Shown here: positions 11,701-23,054 of the stretch, piece after piece
Position numbering within the stretch: position 1 is the stretch's first letter
Layout of the letters: the number at the start of each line of letters is the position of its first letter
Assembly (NCBI GenBank): GCA_040954595.2
Contig: CM082592.2
Location: forward strand, 8,667,677-8,731,676
Length of the DNA: 64,000 nt
Source: Balanoglossus misakiensis
Lineage: Eukaryota > Animalia > Hemichordata
Direction: 5' to 3'
Position numbers and translations under genes: made by a program
Notes under the pieces: model-generated
What the model saw: the letters and a program-made list of their open reading frames with translations, nothing else
Told to the model about the DNA's origin: nothing
Databases searched by the model: none

Positions 11701-12640
11701 AAGCGTAAGACATCTCTGTAAAAGGAGAGAATAGTGTCTGACAAGTGCGCGAATCATCGCCCATGTTTCTGTCATATTGCTGGAGGTGTATTTACATCAT
11801 CTGGGGTCATGGTCTAAGGCCATCTATGTAACAAGTAAAAACTTTTAATCAGTGTTGTTTGTTTTATGTGACAATTAATGGAAGGTTTCATCAATGTTTG
11901 AAATCAGACATGCTTCTGCAGAGAAAGTGGTTGTAAATTTTCTCAGCTGTGCATGTGATCTTCCTGTGGTGCTTCTTTGAACTTTTTTACCCCAATTTGT
12001 GATTCTTAGGGCAGCACCTCTTAGCTGTTGGTCCAGTAACCAGTATATTGGGGTGCAGTTTTTCAGTGTTCATGTATATTAAAACACGAGGGTTGTAAAT
12101 CATAATAGCATCACAGGAAGTTTGAGACCTTCTACCGGTTCATCGCTGGGAGACATTTGCACTCTGACAGGAAACTTGCATCCAGTTTTGATCATCATCT
12201 GCTAAACATAATGGCATGCATTTTGGTGAAAACATTGAAAATACATCGGTAATGCACAATGCATGCCTCTATATTAAGCGATTTGGTCATCAACTGCTTA
12301 ATGTAACGGCATGCATTTGGCAAAGTCATTTATAAAGTTTTATTTTAATGGAAACAGGTTGTGATTTCTGTTAGATTTCCGTTTCATAATGTGAATTTAT
12401 GTGTGATGTATCATTGTTCCTTACCGCCGATGGCCTCTCTTTTTTTTCCCCTCCCCCATATGTTTCTCTTCGTTTGTCCAGAGCGACCCAGAATTTGTAC
12501 AGTGGTTCAAGGAAATCAAGGAAGCATTCTTGGAAGCACAGCGCATGCTTAGAAGAGGTCCCAAGATGCTGGCAACCCAAGGTTCGTCATCAGACATCAT
12601 GAAAAATTCTGTGGCGCACAGAAACAGCAATGGCAACTAA
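184..12640 (+). CDS. GRK2: G protein-coupled receptor kinase 2/3 (beta-adrenergic receptor kinase) ortholog, 5' part outside window. Exons 184-280, [1628-1709 | 2186-2267], 4170-4503, 5490-5556, 5901-6001, 7065-7131, 7785-7880, 8382-8544, 9017-9153, [10348-10461 | 10629-10760 | ?11495-11635], 12482-12640
   Basis: GT-AG exons join in frame to give [43 protein letters not shown]...[75 protein letters not shown] domain [15 protein letters not shown] and C-terminal [12 protein letters not shown]...HRNSNGN*, all hallmark GRK2/3 sequence. Confidence 0.97.
1628..1709 (+). CDS. GRK2: GRK2/3 alternative kinase exon K-A ([28 protein letters not shown])
   Basis: 82 nt, tttag/GTG acceptor, G/gtaagg donor, phase 0 to 1, paralogous to 2186-2267. 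Confidence 0.88.
1796..2037 (+). promoter_or_regulatory. Long intronic RNA stem between GRK exons K-A and K-B
   Basis: Nested complementary blocks: ggacgaactgc(1796-1806)/gcagttccgtcc(2026-2037); cttgg/ccagg; G-rich run/ctctctctcc(2009-2018); tgaacctgttccgt(1844-1857)/acgga-gaat-acaggttca(1979-1996). Confidence 0.6.
2073..2135 (+). promoter_or_regulatory. Intronic hairpin ending 50 nt upstream of the K-B acceptor
   Basis: agcccttgatctaatct(2073-2089) pairs with agattagatt-gg-aagggct(2117-2135). Confidence 0.6.
2186..2267 (+). CDS. GRK2: GRK2/3 alternative kinase exon K-B ([28 protein letters not shown])
   Basis: 82 nt, tgtag/GTG acceptor, G/gtaaga donor, same phase as K-A. Confidence 0.9.
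5742..5790. repeat. (ATGT)n microsatellite in GRK intron
   Basis: About 12 tandem ATGT units. Confidence 0.95.
8846..9002. repeat. Degenerate ~21-bp minisatellite (ATGYTACAATGTTACAGATT-like)
   Basis: About 7 imperfect tandem units ending just before the 9017 exon acceptor. Confidence 0.7.
10348..10461 (+). CDS. GRK2: GRK2/3 PH-domain exon PH-A, canonical form ([38 protein letters not shown])
   Basis: Aligns to the mammalian GRK2 segment [44 protein letters not shown] acceptor (start 10348 or 10351), GAG/gtgaga donor, phase 0-0. Confidence 0.92.
10492..10574 (+). promoter_or_regulatory. Intronic hairpin between PH-A and PH-B
   Basis: Perfect 13-bp stem cacccttccaccc(10492-10504)/gggtggaagggtg(10562-10574) enclosing ccaaatg/catttgg and accc/gggt inner stems. 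Confidence 0.7.
10629..10760 (+). CDS. GRK2: GRK2/3 alternative PH-domain exon PH-B ([44 protein letters not shown])
   Basis: Polypyrimidine tract plus ttacag acceptor, GAG/gtatga donor, 132 nt open, phase 0-0, homologous to PH-A (T..V..E...K..KCI....Q.VL..E). Confidence 0.82.
11495..11635 (+). CDS. Possible third alternative exon PH-C ([47 protein letters not shown])
   Basis: CAGCAG acceptor like PH-A, gtatgag donor like PH-B, 141 nt open in phase 0-0; protein similarity weak. Confidence 0.35.
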
Positions 12641-15600
12641 CCTGTAAACACACACACACACAAAAAAACAAGAAGCACCTGCATTCTAACAACTCTGTGC
12701 ATTTTATTTATACATATATATTTTTTTTTCTTGGAGAAACCATGGTGTGCCGTATTGTAGTTAACCAAACTGGTTTGGTGGCGATTTTTTGGGGGAAAAA
12801 AAAAACAAAAACATTTTTATGGCAAGCTGTGTGTGCCTGTGTGTGTATTGTCACGCTGCATGGAGAAATGTTCTCTGCAGAGTAGAACAAAGCACAGTAG
12901 TCAATAGCAACGGCAAAATAGCTGGCAGACAGCGAAACGGAAGTTACTATTTTAAAACGAAATCATGACGGCGTAAATCTTTCAAAGTAATATATACACA
13001 CACATTGAACAGGGTTTTCTGGAGACAGGTAGTTTCAATGAACAAGTGGTGGGGGGTGGGGTGTGAAAATGGAGTTCATAGGTCAGACTTTAAAATTATA
13101 CTCTAAAAGATATATATCATGTTTTTCACAGTTAAGTAAATATTACAGTGACAAAAAAAAACTTTTAAAATGTAAGTACATGTAGAGCTTACTTAATTTT
13201 ATCAGTATAAAACAAACCTTTGCTACATTATTGATTTTGATTTCAGCATTACTTCATGAATAACAGAACAAAATATAGTTTTAGTGTGATATTGAACCTT
13301 TTTCAGTGCAATACGGTTATCTTCTTTTCGTTTTCAAAAAATGATAGGTATATTCCCTGACTTTGGTCTGTGTTGGGTTTTTGTGCCATGTCTGAAATCC
13401 ATGACGACGCTACACATGAAATATTTTCTAATTGTCTGCTGCATTCCTGGGAGTTCCAATACCAGGTCATTACAAGACTTTAATCCGGCTGGACTGTGTA
13501 GCTTTCAAGAAACGGCTCTCGTTGGATCCAATTTTGACGGAGCCAAACAAAAGTGAAAAAAAAATGTTTAAAAAAAACACTAATGTTACTTTTTTTTCTG
13601 GAACCCACAATTTAGAGAGAATTTAGCTTTAAAGCATAATTTATAGAGAAAGTTATGACCGAATAATAATGAGGGATAATCCTGGTATACCTGATATTAT
13701 AATATTAAACTGTGATACTGACTTTGTGTCATTGTGTGTGTTCTGGTGTAACAGTGCCAGTGATTTTTGTCTTTTCTTTGTTGCAAAATGCACCTTGAAG
13801 ACACATTCTCCTAGATTTTACGATACTAGTACTTTAAAGTTAATATATCTTCTCATTCAAGTATACAATAATTCATGACAGAAACTGGGGGAATGACCAT
13901 GCCTGCGTGTGGTTGAGTCTATTTTGGTTTCCTTGGTGATAACCAAGAAAGATATGTGGCGGCCATTTTGGAGTGTATTTACATAATATAAGCGCCCTCT
14001 GGAGTGAGCTGTGGCAGGGAGACTGACAGATTATTCTTGTACAGTGCAGTTGTGCTGATTTTTAGAACCACAGAGGGCAACTTTGGTGATTTCTGGGGGT
14101 GTATTGAAGATTGTCAGTTGTAAATGTACATTTTCCAGTCACTTTAAAGAGAGTATTGTTCACTTTTCAAGGTGCATTGTCTGCTGTGTAAATGGTTGCT
14201 CCTATTACCGTCTTTACTTCAGTTTTAAAAAAAACCTGTTGAATATTTGGATTTATTTCCTTCTCCCAACTTGTTCACTGACTTGAATAGAATATTTACA
14301 ATTTAGAATTTAATTAAAAAGACATTTCAATTTGTCATCGGTCTTGAAGACTTGGATGTGCAAATGATCCTTGAATTTCGGAAGTTTTAGTCAAAGACAT
14401 GTTGTAATTAAATAAAACCTTTGACAAATGACACTCCATTTGTGACAGTATTTAAAAGCTTCATGTTGACACCGAGGAATATTTCTGGTACACCATTTTC
14501 ACTGGTGTCAAAATCAACTACTCTTTCGCGGTGCAACCTTGATATTCTACACAACTTCTAAACAGGACACTATTCTACTTTCCTTTGCAAATTGAGTATT
14601 CTGAAATTGTCAGAAGCTTTACATTACCCAATATATAATATGTAGAATTGGAGATGTCATGTGAAAAATCTTTTATTCACACACTTCATTTGGAGTGGCA
14701 AGCCAGCAGCTTGCAATATACAGGAATAAAAAAATAAACAGCTGTCACCTGGGAGTGGGGGGGGTTAGATTATTTTGCGAAACTACCCTATGATCAATAT
14801 GAAGTAAATCGTGTGATGCCAGCACACATTGCCTAGATGTCAGCCTTGAAGCATGAAATGTGATTCTAGACAAACAAAACCCATCAAAATTAAACCAAAC
14901 AGCTGGGGCGTGTTTCCCCCAAAACTGGTGGGAAGTAATTAATCTCTTGCAGATTACCAGTGTGTTGTGGAAATAATTTGCTGGAACTGTGAGCTGTAAA
15001 TATTTTTCAAACTCTTCTGTGAGATTTACTGTGCAACGTGTTTAGCCCAAGCTAACATTATACAAGCATTGCCAAGTGAAATAGTGGATTTATACCTTCG
15101 TACAATTACTAGATTTTTCAAAACCCCAACCTATCAATATCGCTTGCTCGTGTTGCTTGTACTAACTTTAGACAAGTCGGCCATATTTATTGGTAACGAA
15201 GGGAATTCCTAAAAAATGAAATTTTAGAACAGTTCAGTTGGGTATTGAACAATAAATGTCTTTGTGTGATTTATTTTCATTCTGAAACCCATGTTTGTTT
15301 TCCTCAAACATACCATTTATTTGATTGTGCCGGAGAAATGCCGGTGTCAGCTTTGTTGATATTTATTTTTCCACCTTTCGGGTTTTATCAGAAGTTGTAG
15401 TCTGTTTTGAAGAGAGAATTTCAGAATCTTGTACGATGCAATTTGGAAACTTCTGTTAGGTTTTCCGCACAGTGATGATGACAGTCTGTAGAAACAGTGT
15501 GGTTCTATGTGAACCCTCCACCATTTCTGACAAGCATGGATTTGGTTGTCGAGGAAAACAATGCACTCAAACTTGCTGATAAAGTTACACTGTATAATAG

Positions 15601-17330
15601 AGAAGTGACCGATAATATTTGGGTTTTAGTTTTAATTCATCGTGTATTTTTATTTTCAAAGTCAGGGAAACCTGAAAGATCTCGTTTTTGTGGTGACAGA
15701 GAAGATGGATGTGAACATGTCTCAACTGTGACAAACCCCTGTGTATTTTTTTTAAAAGTTCACTCTTCAGTTGAAACGTGAGCAATTCCACGCTAGGCAA
15801 AGGAAATTGTTCAGTATGGTTGAGTGCCATGCTGCTGGAGTTCTGTTGTCATTTTACTGTGGGGGAGGGGGGGGGGGCATACTGCTAGGCGTGTCTCAGT
15901 ATTGCCCATGGAAAGACGAAAAGGAAAAACTTCAGTCGATTCTCCGAGGTACACATAGATAGGTAGGCCACCTGTGCTGGTATTTTGTCGGAACTGCTGT
16001 ACAAAGGCAGTAATAAACCTGCAGAATATCAAATACACAAATAACTCGAATGTTAGGATTTGTAAACCCAAGTTTGTTATGATCAGCAATTAAGTAAAGA
16101 CTTTAAAAATATAATGTAAATGCAATTCATCATTACATGTACATTTAAGTGGCGTTACAAGACAAGCTGTTCAAACGTGTAGCCGGATGCTTTACTTTAG
16201 GACGTCAGGGCATGCCGAGTGGTGTGCTGTTGTTGTGTGTGCAGTGCTGGAGTGGGTTTACCGAACACCTCGGCCCGGCTGTAGCAGACGCGACACGTCT
16301 GGACCAGAAGTCCGCACAGCTTCGCGAGATACAACATGGCCACATTATTAGTTTCTCCTGTGTGCGATACGGAGTTAACAACACCCAGCATGGTGTTATG
16401 GCTGGATACTACTAACGTACGATTTGGTCGCTTGCTTGGGTGTTTGGGTTTGTGTCATCTTCAGATGATTAATACATTGCATTGTGTGTGGGTTCCTTGC
16501 ATGCTGTTGTAAACATTGTTGCATGTCTGAATACTTTTACTCCTTTTTTTTAATTTTTTTTTTTGAATGAGAAAAATTATTAATTTTTTTTTGTTCAATT
16601 TCATTTGTTTTTCTCTGTTCACAGCAACAATAAAGGAGGCAGAAATGAACAACCACACAAAGAGATAGTGCATGCCAACTCCTCCCCCAGCCCAGTCCTT
16701 GCCATCCCAGTGTTTGTCGCTGTGCGTTTTGTAGTCTTGTGAGCTGTCGTTGGCTGCCTCTTCTGCATGTTGATGTGGTATGTGTCACCTGGATTCGCTG
16801 GGTCAGTCAGTCAGTCAGTACTGCATGAATTGTGCCTTCCCCGGTGATGCTACTTGGGCTAATGTGTGATGACCACAGTGAATGACGGTGGTGGGGAATA
16901 GTGTGGGGATTTGAAGCACAATGAATGGACGTATATACATGTGCGTTGTGCCTGTTTCGTGGAGAGGGCATCTGCCAATCGTGCATGGGAAACAAAATTC
17001 GTCGGGGTTTGTGGTGTGCTTGCCATGACAGTGATTCAAGCCCACTTCCCGATCGCCAGAGTTTGAAACAAAAACGACAACTTGCATGAATCGCCCTTGA
17101 AGGGAGAGTGGTCACAATCCTTTTTCGACTGGCCCAGCCACTGTTGCTCCCCCCGAAATGACACTTGACATCACTGACCGAACAGTCATACCTGCAGGTT
17201 ATCAGTAGACGCTGTCGGACTCGTGCCACGAAATCCACGGTGCTTCCCGTACTGATCAACGGAAAAGTTGATAAGGTGCTTGAGAGGCTGGTAGCAGGCA
17301 AGCAAGAACGGACAGATGGGAAATGGAGTG

Positions 17331-17360
17331 ATGGTGGTGGTGGTGGTGGTAGTAGTAGTG
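17331..17360. repeat. (TGG)n(TAG)n compound microsatellite
   Basis: Direct reading. Confidence 0.85.
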
Positions 17361-19449
17361 CAGAATGGAAAAAGAAGAAATTTTACTGCGATTTCTGCAC
17401 CACCATCCATCTTGCCCGCATGTTTGGTGGTGAATGTCAAACAGTCTCGGATGACAACTCATTCGTGGAACAACCAGGCACAATGTGATGGCAGCAACAG
17501 ACACGTACAGTTCTTCATTTTGTGGATATGTTCCCTTCCCCAGAAGAGGACAGATTTGATAATTAACCCAACCAGTCATACCTCAACATTTTATCAGCAC
17601 CAGTGGACCAGCATATCGTACATTAAACTATGGCTCTCGCAATTTCAGCCCGCGTCATCTGCAAACTACCATGACATCAGTGTACAGCATCAACCAATCT
17701 GTAAAGACGCCCTAATTATTTGTGATTTTTTTTATAACTTCACAGTTGCCTCATTCATTGAACTTGTACATAGACCAACAGAGAAAGAATCTCTGACATT
17801 TTTTGTATATAAGCAACCAAAGGTGTGATATTTACTTTTTAACAAACACAATCAAAACGTCGCCACTTTGAGACATAACAAATGATAAGTTCTACATAAA
17901 AGGAATACAGAGAATATTTCAAATGACGAAGATGTATTAAATCTAATTATTTTTATTGAAATTTTATAAGAAAGTGAACATGTAGTAGTCTGAAAGTCTA
18001 GCATCCTCTCTTACCCAGTTGAATTGGTTTGGGAAACGGGACAGATCTGGAATTTGCGGGTACAAACAATAAATACTTGGCCAGAAATTCCAGGTCATTC
18101 CTGACGCAATGGGGATAAACACCTTGAACTGGAATTAAAACATGGCAGCTATCATGGGACCCTTGAGTGATGTTTATATTGCCAAAGATGATTCTGTTGT
18201 CTTTGAAACGTGTTTTGTTTTTGTTTTGGGTTTTTCTTCTTTTTTGGGGGGTGGGTGGGTGGTCACATGGAATCTCTGTTACTAGTGTACAGAGGTGGCT
18301 GATCTAAGTAAAGGAGCTTTTACAGGCATTCAAATAGTTTGGCCCAATAGTTTAGTTTGCACATAATTTATTGTTTCTTTTTGAATGTCACATATCATTG
18401 ATTCTGGTAATTTATTTCGTCAATGACCAGCTCTCTGTACAATGCCCCTGTCTGTAGGTTCTCCTACTGTACACCAGTGGTAAAGGTTTAAACTTGATCA
18501 TGAGGTGTGGTCTGAACGTGGAGATGACATTGGAATGCTCTGGTTCGCTACAAGATCTGTATAAACTAAAAATGAACAAAATCATGATTAAAGAGTAACA
18601 GCAATACAATGCAGTACTGCAGTAATTGAGTCTAAAGGGATGGGTCGTCAGAACTGCATGTGCGACAATTGGGTTCATAAACACAATTGGCATTGTTCCT
18701 ACTGTTCAGGGAGACCATGCCAATCAGTATAGAAACTTGGAAATGTGATAAAAGTAACAATGCATTGTTTGTCATGGTGTACAATGATGGACATCGTAGC
18801 CGTCTACTTTGAATAGCTATATACTGGTAGCAACTACGTCATATGGAATGCCCCCCCCCCCCGACCTTTTCGGAAGTGGTGTGTGTTGGAGCTTGGGTTT
18901 GTCAATGAGGTTAATCCAAGTCGCTTTCTGAATTCCCAGTAACCAGCCTCCCCCCCCCCCCCCCCTTTTGTCCCCCATTCCCTTATGATTCAACACAGTG
19001 GGGTTTGTCACAGTGGAGTTCATGTGGTCGCAACAAATCTGCACCTAACAAATTAATAATTTTTGATCCAAAAAGACTACTGATATCAAAAATGTTTTAC
19101 TAACACGAACTATTTTTTCCCTGTTTGCTGACTGCAGTGTGCAATCTCAGAGGAAAGTTCAACATTTTGAAAGAATGTTCGGTGGAGAGAAGTTGTATGT
19201 TTACATGTTTAATATTGTGAAACCATGTTCTGTTGACCATTGTGTTTTATGTCAGTATCACTTTTCTTTTTTGTAAAATAGAACCTCTTATTTCTTGAAA
19301 GATTTAACTTGAATAAATGTACTTCACACATTCTCTGTTGTCCTGGTGGTGTTCCTGACAGCCTATTGTCTTCTAACAGGTATGCGCTTGCAATTGTCTG
19401 TGGCTGCCAGAAAAGAACAAATTCATAGTTTGCCATTGACGAACTATAT

Positions 19450-20625
19450 CTATGGTATGGCATATTTGAATACTCTGCCATCTTTTGGCATAACTTTGAA
19501 CCAATCACTTTCCGGGTTTTCAAATTCTTCCCTGCTTTTCACTTTGATCCAGCCAAATGTTTCGTAAATGTGGTCGGGACATAAGTCTTGGATGTATTTG
19601 ACTTCGTCATAGGTGAAGTGCTGTAACCACTTGGTTATTGATCCGTTGTGGCTCGGTTCCAAGTTCGGTTCCTCCGGGGGAGGAAGTCCAACGAACTCGA
19701 ACATCTCTCTCTGTATTATATCAGGATGCGCACTCATGTCTTCGTAGCGAATCACCATTGAATTGACTCTCAACCACTCAGGGCCGTGAATGATAGAGTT
19801 GAAGTTGGTCTCCAGCCACGTGCAGTGTTCCCTCACAGTTTCCTCCAAATGACGATGAATCACCCCACTAGCGCCCCCACTGGTCTCAGATCTGTCCAGC
19901 CACCAGTGGTGTCTTGATCTGGCCAGGGCTCGCGGATCGCGGACTAAAAATATAACCTTGACGTTGTTTGTTTTCAGAACGGGGAGGCACGTTGTGACAT
20001 CATTCAGTCTGACCACTTTCGATATGATGTGGGGTCGAGCTCGACAGATTGACTTCAGGTCGCGTGCTGTTATTGGAAGTGGCAGGGTGTTCACGTGTGC
20101 GCGAGCCCTGTAGAGAGACGACGTCTGGGAATTCATTCCCTTGGTGAAGTAACCGTCGGGTGTGAAGTTGCAGGTGTATAATTCCCCGAAGAAATCGCAG
20201 AGTTCTGTCTGGATGCCTGCTAAGTTGTCACGACTGTCATTGCGAGGGTTGTTTCCACTGAAGTGCAACATCAACAGTCCTGGTTCGTACGCATACAGGA
20301 AATCGGGACGTGTGGCGAAAAACGCAGCCGTCGCCTTCGACCCCGTGGTCATTCTCCCGTGGACAAGAACGTGGATACTTTCCCTGTGTTGAACTTGTTG
20401 CTGTTCGGAGATCAGTTTGTCAAATGCAGGTTCCTTTCGGGATGACTGTGATTCAGAATTTTGATCCTGAAGAGACAACGAAGTACCGAAGGAAAATGCA
20501 TTTACGGCTGTCTCTTGTGCGGAATTCCAGTTGGCACTAGGCATCGACTCGTAGAAGATAAAAACAGCGGTGGTGGCTATTAGAATTGTGATCCCGAATG
20601 CCTGACCATGTCGTTTAGTCGTCAT
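19450..20625 (-). CDS. Golgi carbohydrate sulfotransferase (CHST1/3/5, Gal/GlcNAc-6-O-sulfotransferase-like), paralog 1, intronless ORF
   Basis: 391 aa; N-terminal type II signal-anchor, 5'-PSB-like GRMTTGSKAT, FLYAYEP, SKVVRL, 3'-PB IFLVRDPRALARSR, IRYEDM. Confidence 0.9.
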   Translation of the reverse strand: MTTKRHGQAFGITILIATTAVFIFYESMPSANWNSAQETAVNAFSFGTSLSLQDQNSESQSSRKEPAFDKLISEQQQVQHRESIHVLVHGRMTTGSKATAAFFATRPDFLYAYEPGLLMLHFSGNNPRNDSRDNLAGIQTELCDFFGELYTCNFTPDGYFTKGMNSQTSSLYRARAHVNTLPLPITARDLKSICRARPHIISKVVRLNDVTTCLPVLKTNNVKVIFLVRDPRALARSRHHWWLDRSETSGGASGVIHRHLEETVREHCTWLETNFNSIIHGPEWLRVNSMVIRYEDMSAHPDIIQREMFEFVGLPPPEEPNLEPSHNGSITKWLQHFTYDEVKYIQDLCPDHIYETFGWIKVKSREEFENPESDWFKVMPKDGRVFKYAIP

Positions 20626-21887
20626 TGTTGAAGAATGGCAAAACTAAAACTCGACAGAAATTACACGGTGTTGGTGGGCAGGAGAAAGCGTTCCTATGAC
20701 GTCTAACCAGGTAACAAGTTGTCATTGGCGCTCCGATTCTAGCTCGGTTGATGATAAGCAGTTTGTGTTTAATCCTCTTTTGATTGCATGAACGGTCCTA
20801 CCATCACCACTAACACCCAGCCCCCACACACAACCATGAGTAGAGTCAGAACCTATCTGACACCAAAGTATACATGTACCCGTTTTCGACACGTTCTGCA
20901 CATCTCACCATTTGGACAGGATCTTGTCCGATTGCTCGCAATGCACGGGCACGAACGCAACTCAAATCTGCTCATGGTTGTCAAGCGATAGTTCCAAAGT
21001 GAACGAAGTTGCACATTTACCGTTATCCGCTTTCGGGGAACATTGCATATAGAAATATGCTTTGTTAAATTTTGCTTGTCATGCATACGCAGGGCTGTTA
21101 CCTAGGTAGCCTATTAATCTGTTCGCAGGGGACCAGGGCAACGCCTATTGCAGTATTGTAATGCACTGGTTTTATTTCAAAAGTTAGAGGATCATTTCGT
21201 CCCACCGTGGTACCAACTGGTATTCTCTATCTCCTGTACAGGAAGCTCGATGTTCGGAAAAGGGGGAATTTGCATCTACAGTTTTAACAGTGAATGATTC
21301 ACGTAGGAAGAAAGTCAGCACAGAAAAACGCCCAGCCAAATCCCAACCTCCAAGAAAAGGAGATTCAATTTAATTCTGCTTGAGACAAGCACTTAGATTG
21401 ATGTAATCACAACGATAAGAACTATAAAAACTGCACCCTGTTCGTTTTACATCGAACCCGCATCCAAAAACGTTGGTTAAAAAATCCCGAATGTTGGCGT
21501 CTGGTGGCAGCACACAGTCGACAAATAATCATCCGCATGCACAGTCGATGAAATTAAGGCATCATAAAGACATAATAAAGACTTAAACATGATAAAGAGC
21601 GCTGCACCCACCCCTGGATCTACGAGAATGTCGACAATATCCTGCTATGGCTTCAACGTCTTACATATACAGCCGGATAATGTCGACGTACTTGTAGTGC
21701 TACATCCGTGCCAATCAATTACAACTGCCAGAATTGTCTGGGAGAAGTAGAGAAACACAAATTTGCCAAGTTAAAACCTCACGCCCACTTTACATGCTTC
21801 ATCCCCAAGAATTACCAAACCCTCACCACACATTGTTGATTTGGAAGTTCGCGGAGTCATAGACTAGTCTACAATCCACTGCGGGGG

Positions 21888-23054
21888 CTATGGTATGGCA
21901 TATTTGAATACTCTGCCATCTTTTGGCATCACTCTCAACCAATCACGCCCCGGATTTTCAAAGTCTTCCCTACTTTTCACTTTGATCCAGCCAAATGTTT
22001 CGTAAATGTGGTCCGGACACAAGTCTTGGATGTATTTGACTTCGTCATAGGTGAAGTACTGTAACCACTTGGTTATTGATTCGTTGTGACTCGGTTCCAA
22101 GTTCGATTCCTCCGGGGAAGGAAGTCCAACGAACTCGAACATCTCTCTCTGTATTATATCAGGATGCGCACTCATGTCTTCGTAGCGAATCACCATTGAA
22201 TTGACTCTCAACCACTCGGGGCCGTGCATGATAGAGTTGAAGTTGGTCTCCAGCCAGATGCAGTGTTCTTTGACGTATTCTTCCAACCGAAGATCAATCA
22301 CCCCATCGCCGTTGTTTCCGTGTACAAAACGTTTGTGTCTCGAGCGGGCCATACCTCGAGGGTCCCGGACTAGAAATATGATCCTGACGTCGCTTCTTTC
22401 CAGAACAGGCAGGCATGCGCTGACGTCATTCAGGCGAACAACTTTCGAAATGGTGTTAGATCGAGACTTGCATAGTGCCGTCAGGTCGTCTGCCGTTATG
22501 GGAAGAGGCAAGTTATTCAAATGCGCTCGATCCTTATATAGAGACTTGTCTAAATTCATCCCTTTGGTGAAGTAACTGTCAGACGTGAAGTTGCAGGTGA
22601 AGAAATTCCCAAGGAAATTGCAGAGCTCTGCTTGAATTTCTTCCAAGTATTCATGGCCATCATTTTGGCAACCTTTACCTTGCGACGACAATGACAGCAA
22701 CATATGTCCTGGCTCGTACGCATACAAAAAATCGGGACGCCTGCCGAAAAACGCGGCTGTCGCCTTTGACCCGGTTGTCATTCTCCCCATTACGAGGACG
22801 TGGACGTTTGCAACGGTTGGAAATGTTTCTGGCTCGTGGACCACGCTTCTGTCCGCTCCTGGTAGATCTTGTTGAAATGTGTTCTTGATGGCTTCTTGCT
22901 CCCGTAGATTGGATGGTGCGTTGAACGTAACAACGGGTTGTGGGGCATCGGGGTTCGGCTTGCGTTGCTTGGTTACTGACACGTACATGTAGGCGACGAA
23001 CAAAAGCGCCGCCACTGTAGGAATCCAGATTGGTTGACAATGCCTTAAAGTCAT
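21888..23054 (-). CDS. Golgi carbohydrate sulfotransferase (CHST-like), paralog 2, intronless ORF; likely start MTLRHCQ at 23054
   Basis: Same motifs (GRMTTGSKAT, IFLVRDPRGMARSR, IRYEDM); start chosen by alignment with paralog 1 and a splice acceptor just upstream. Confidence 0.9.
   Translation of the reverse strand: MTLRHCQPIWIPTVAALLFVAYMYVSVTKQRKPNPDAPQPVVTFNAPSNLREQEAIKNTFQQDLPGADRSVVHEPETFPTVANVHVLVMGRMTTGSKATAAFFGRRPDFLYAYEPGHMLLSLSSQGKGCQNDGHEYLEEIQAELCNFLGNFFTCNFTSDSYFTKGMNLDKSLYKDRAHLNNLPLPITADDLTALCKSRSNTISKVVRLNDVSACLPVLERSDVRIIFLVRDPRGMARSRHKRFVHGNNGDGVIDLRLEEYVKEHCIWLETNFNSIMHGPEWLRVNSMVIRYEDMSAHPDIIQREMFEFVGLPSPEESNLEPSHNESITKWLQYFTYDEVKYIQDLCPDHIYETFGWIKVKSREDFENPGRDWLRVMPKDGRVFKYAIP

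Noticed and set aside
16140-17830. Several overlapping 85-170 aa ORFs in a GC-richer stretch downstream of GRK
   Set aside because: No recognisable domain or consistent splice structure in the frames examined; some ORFs are inflated by the (TGG)n(TAG)n repeat. Possibly UTR or regulatory DNA
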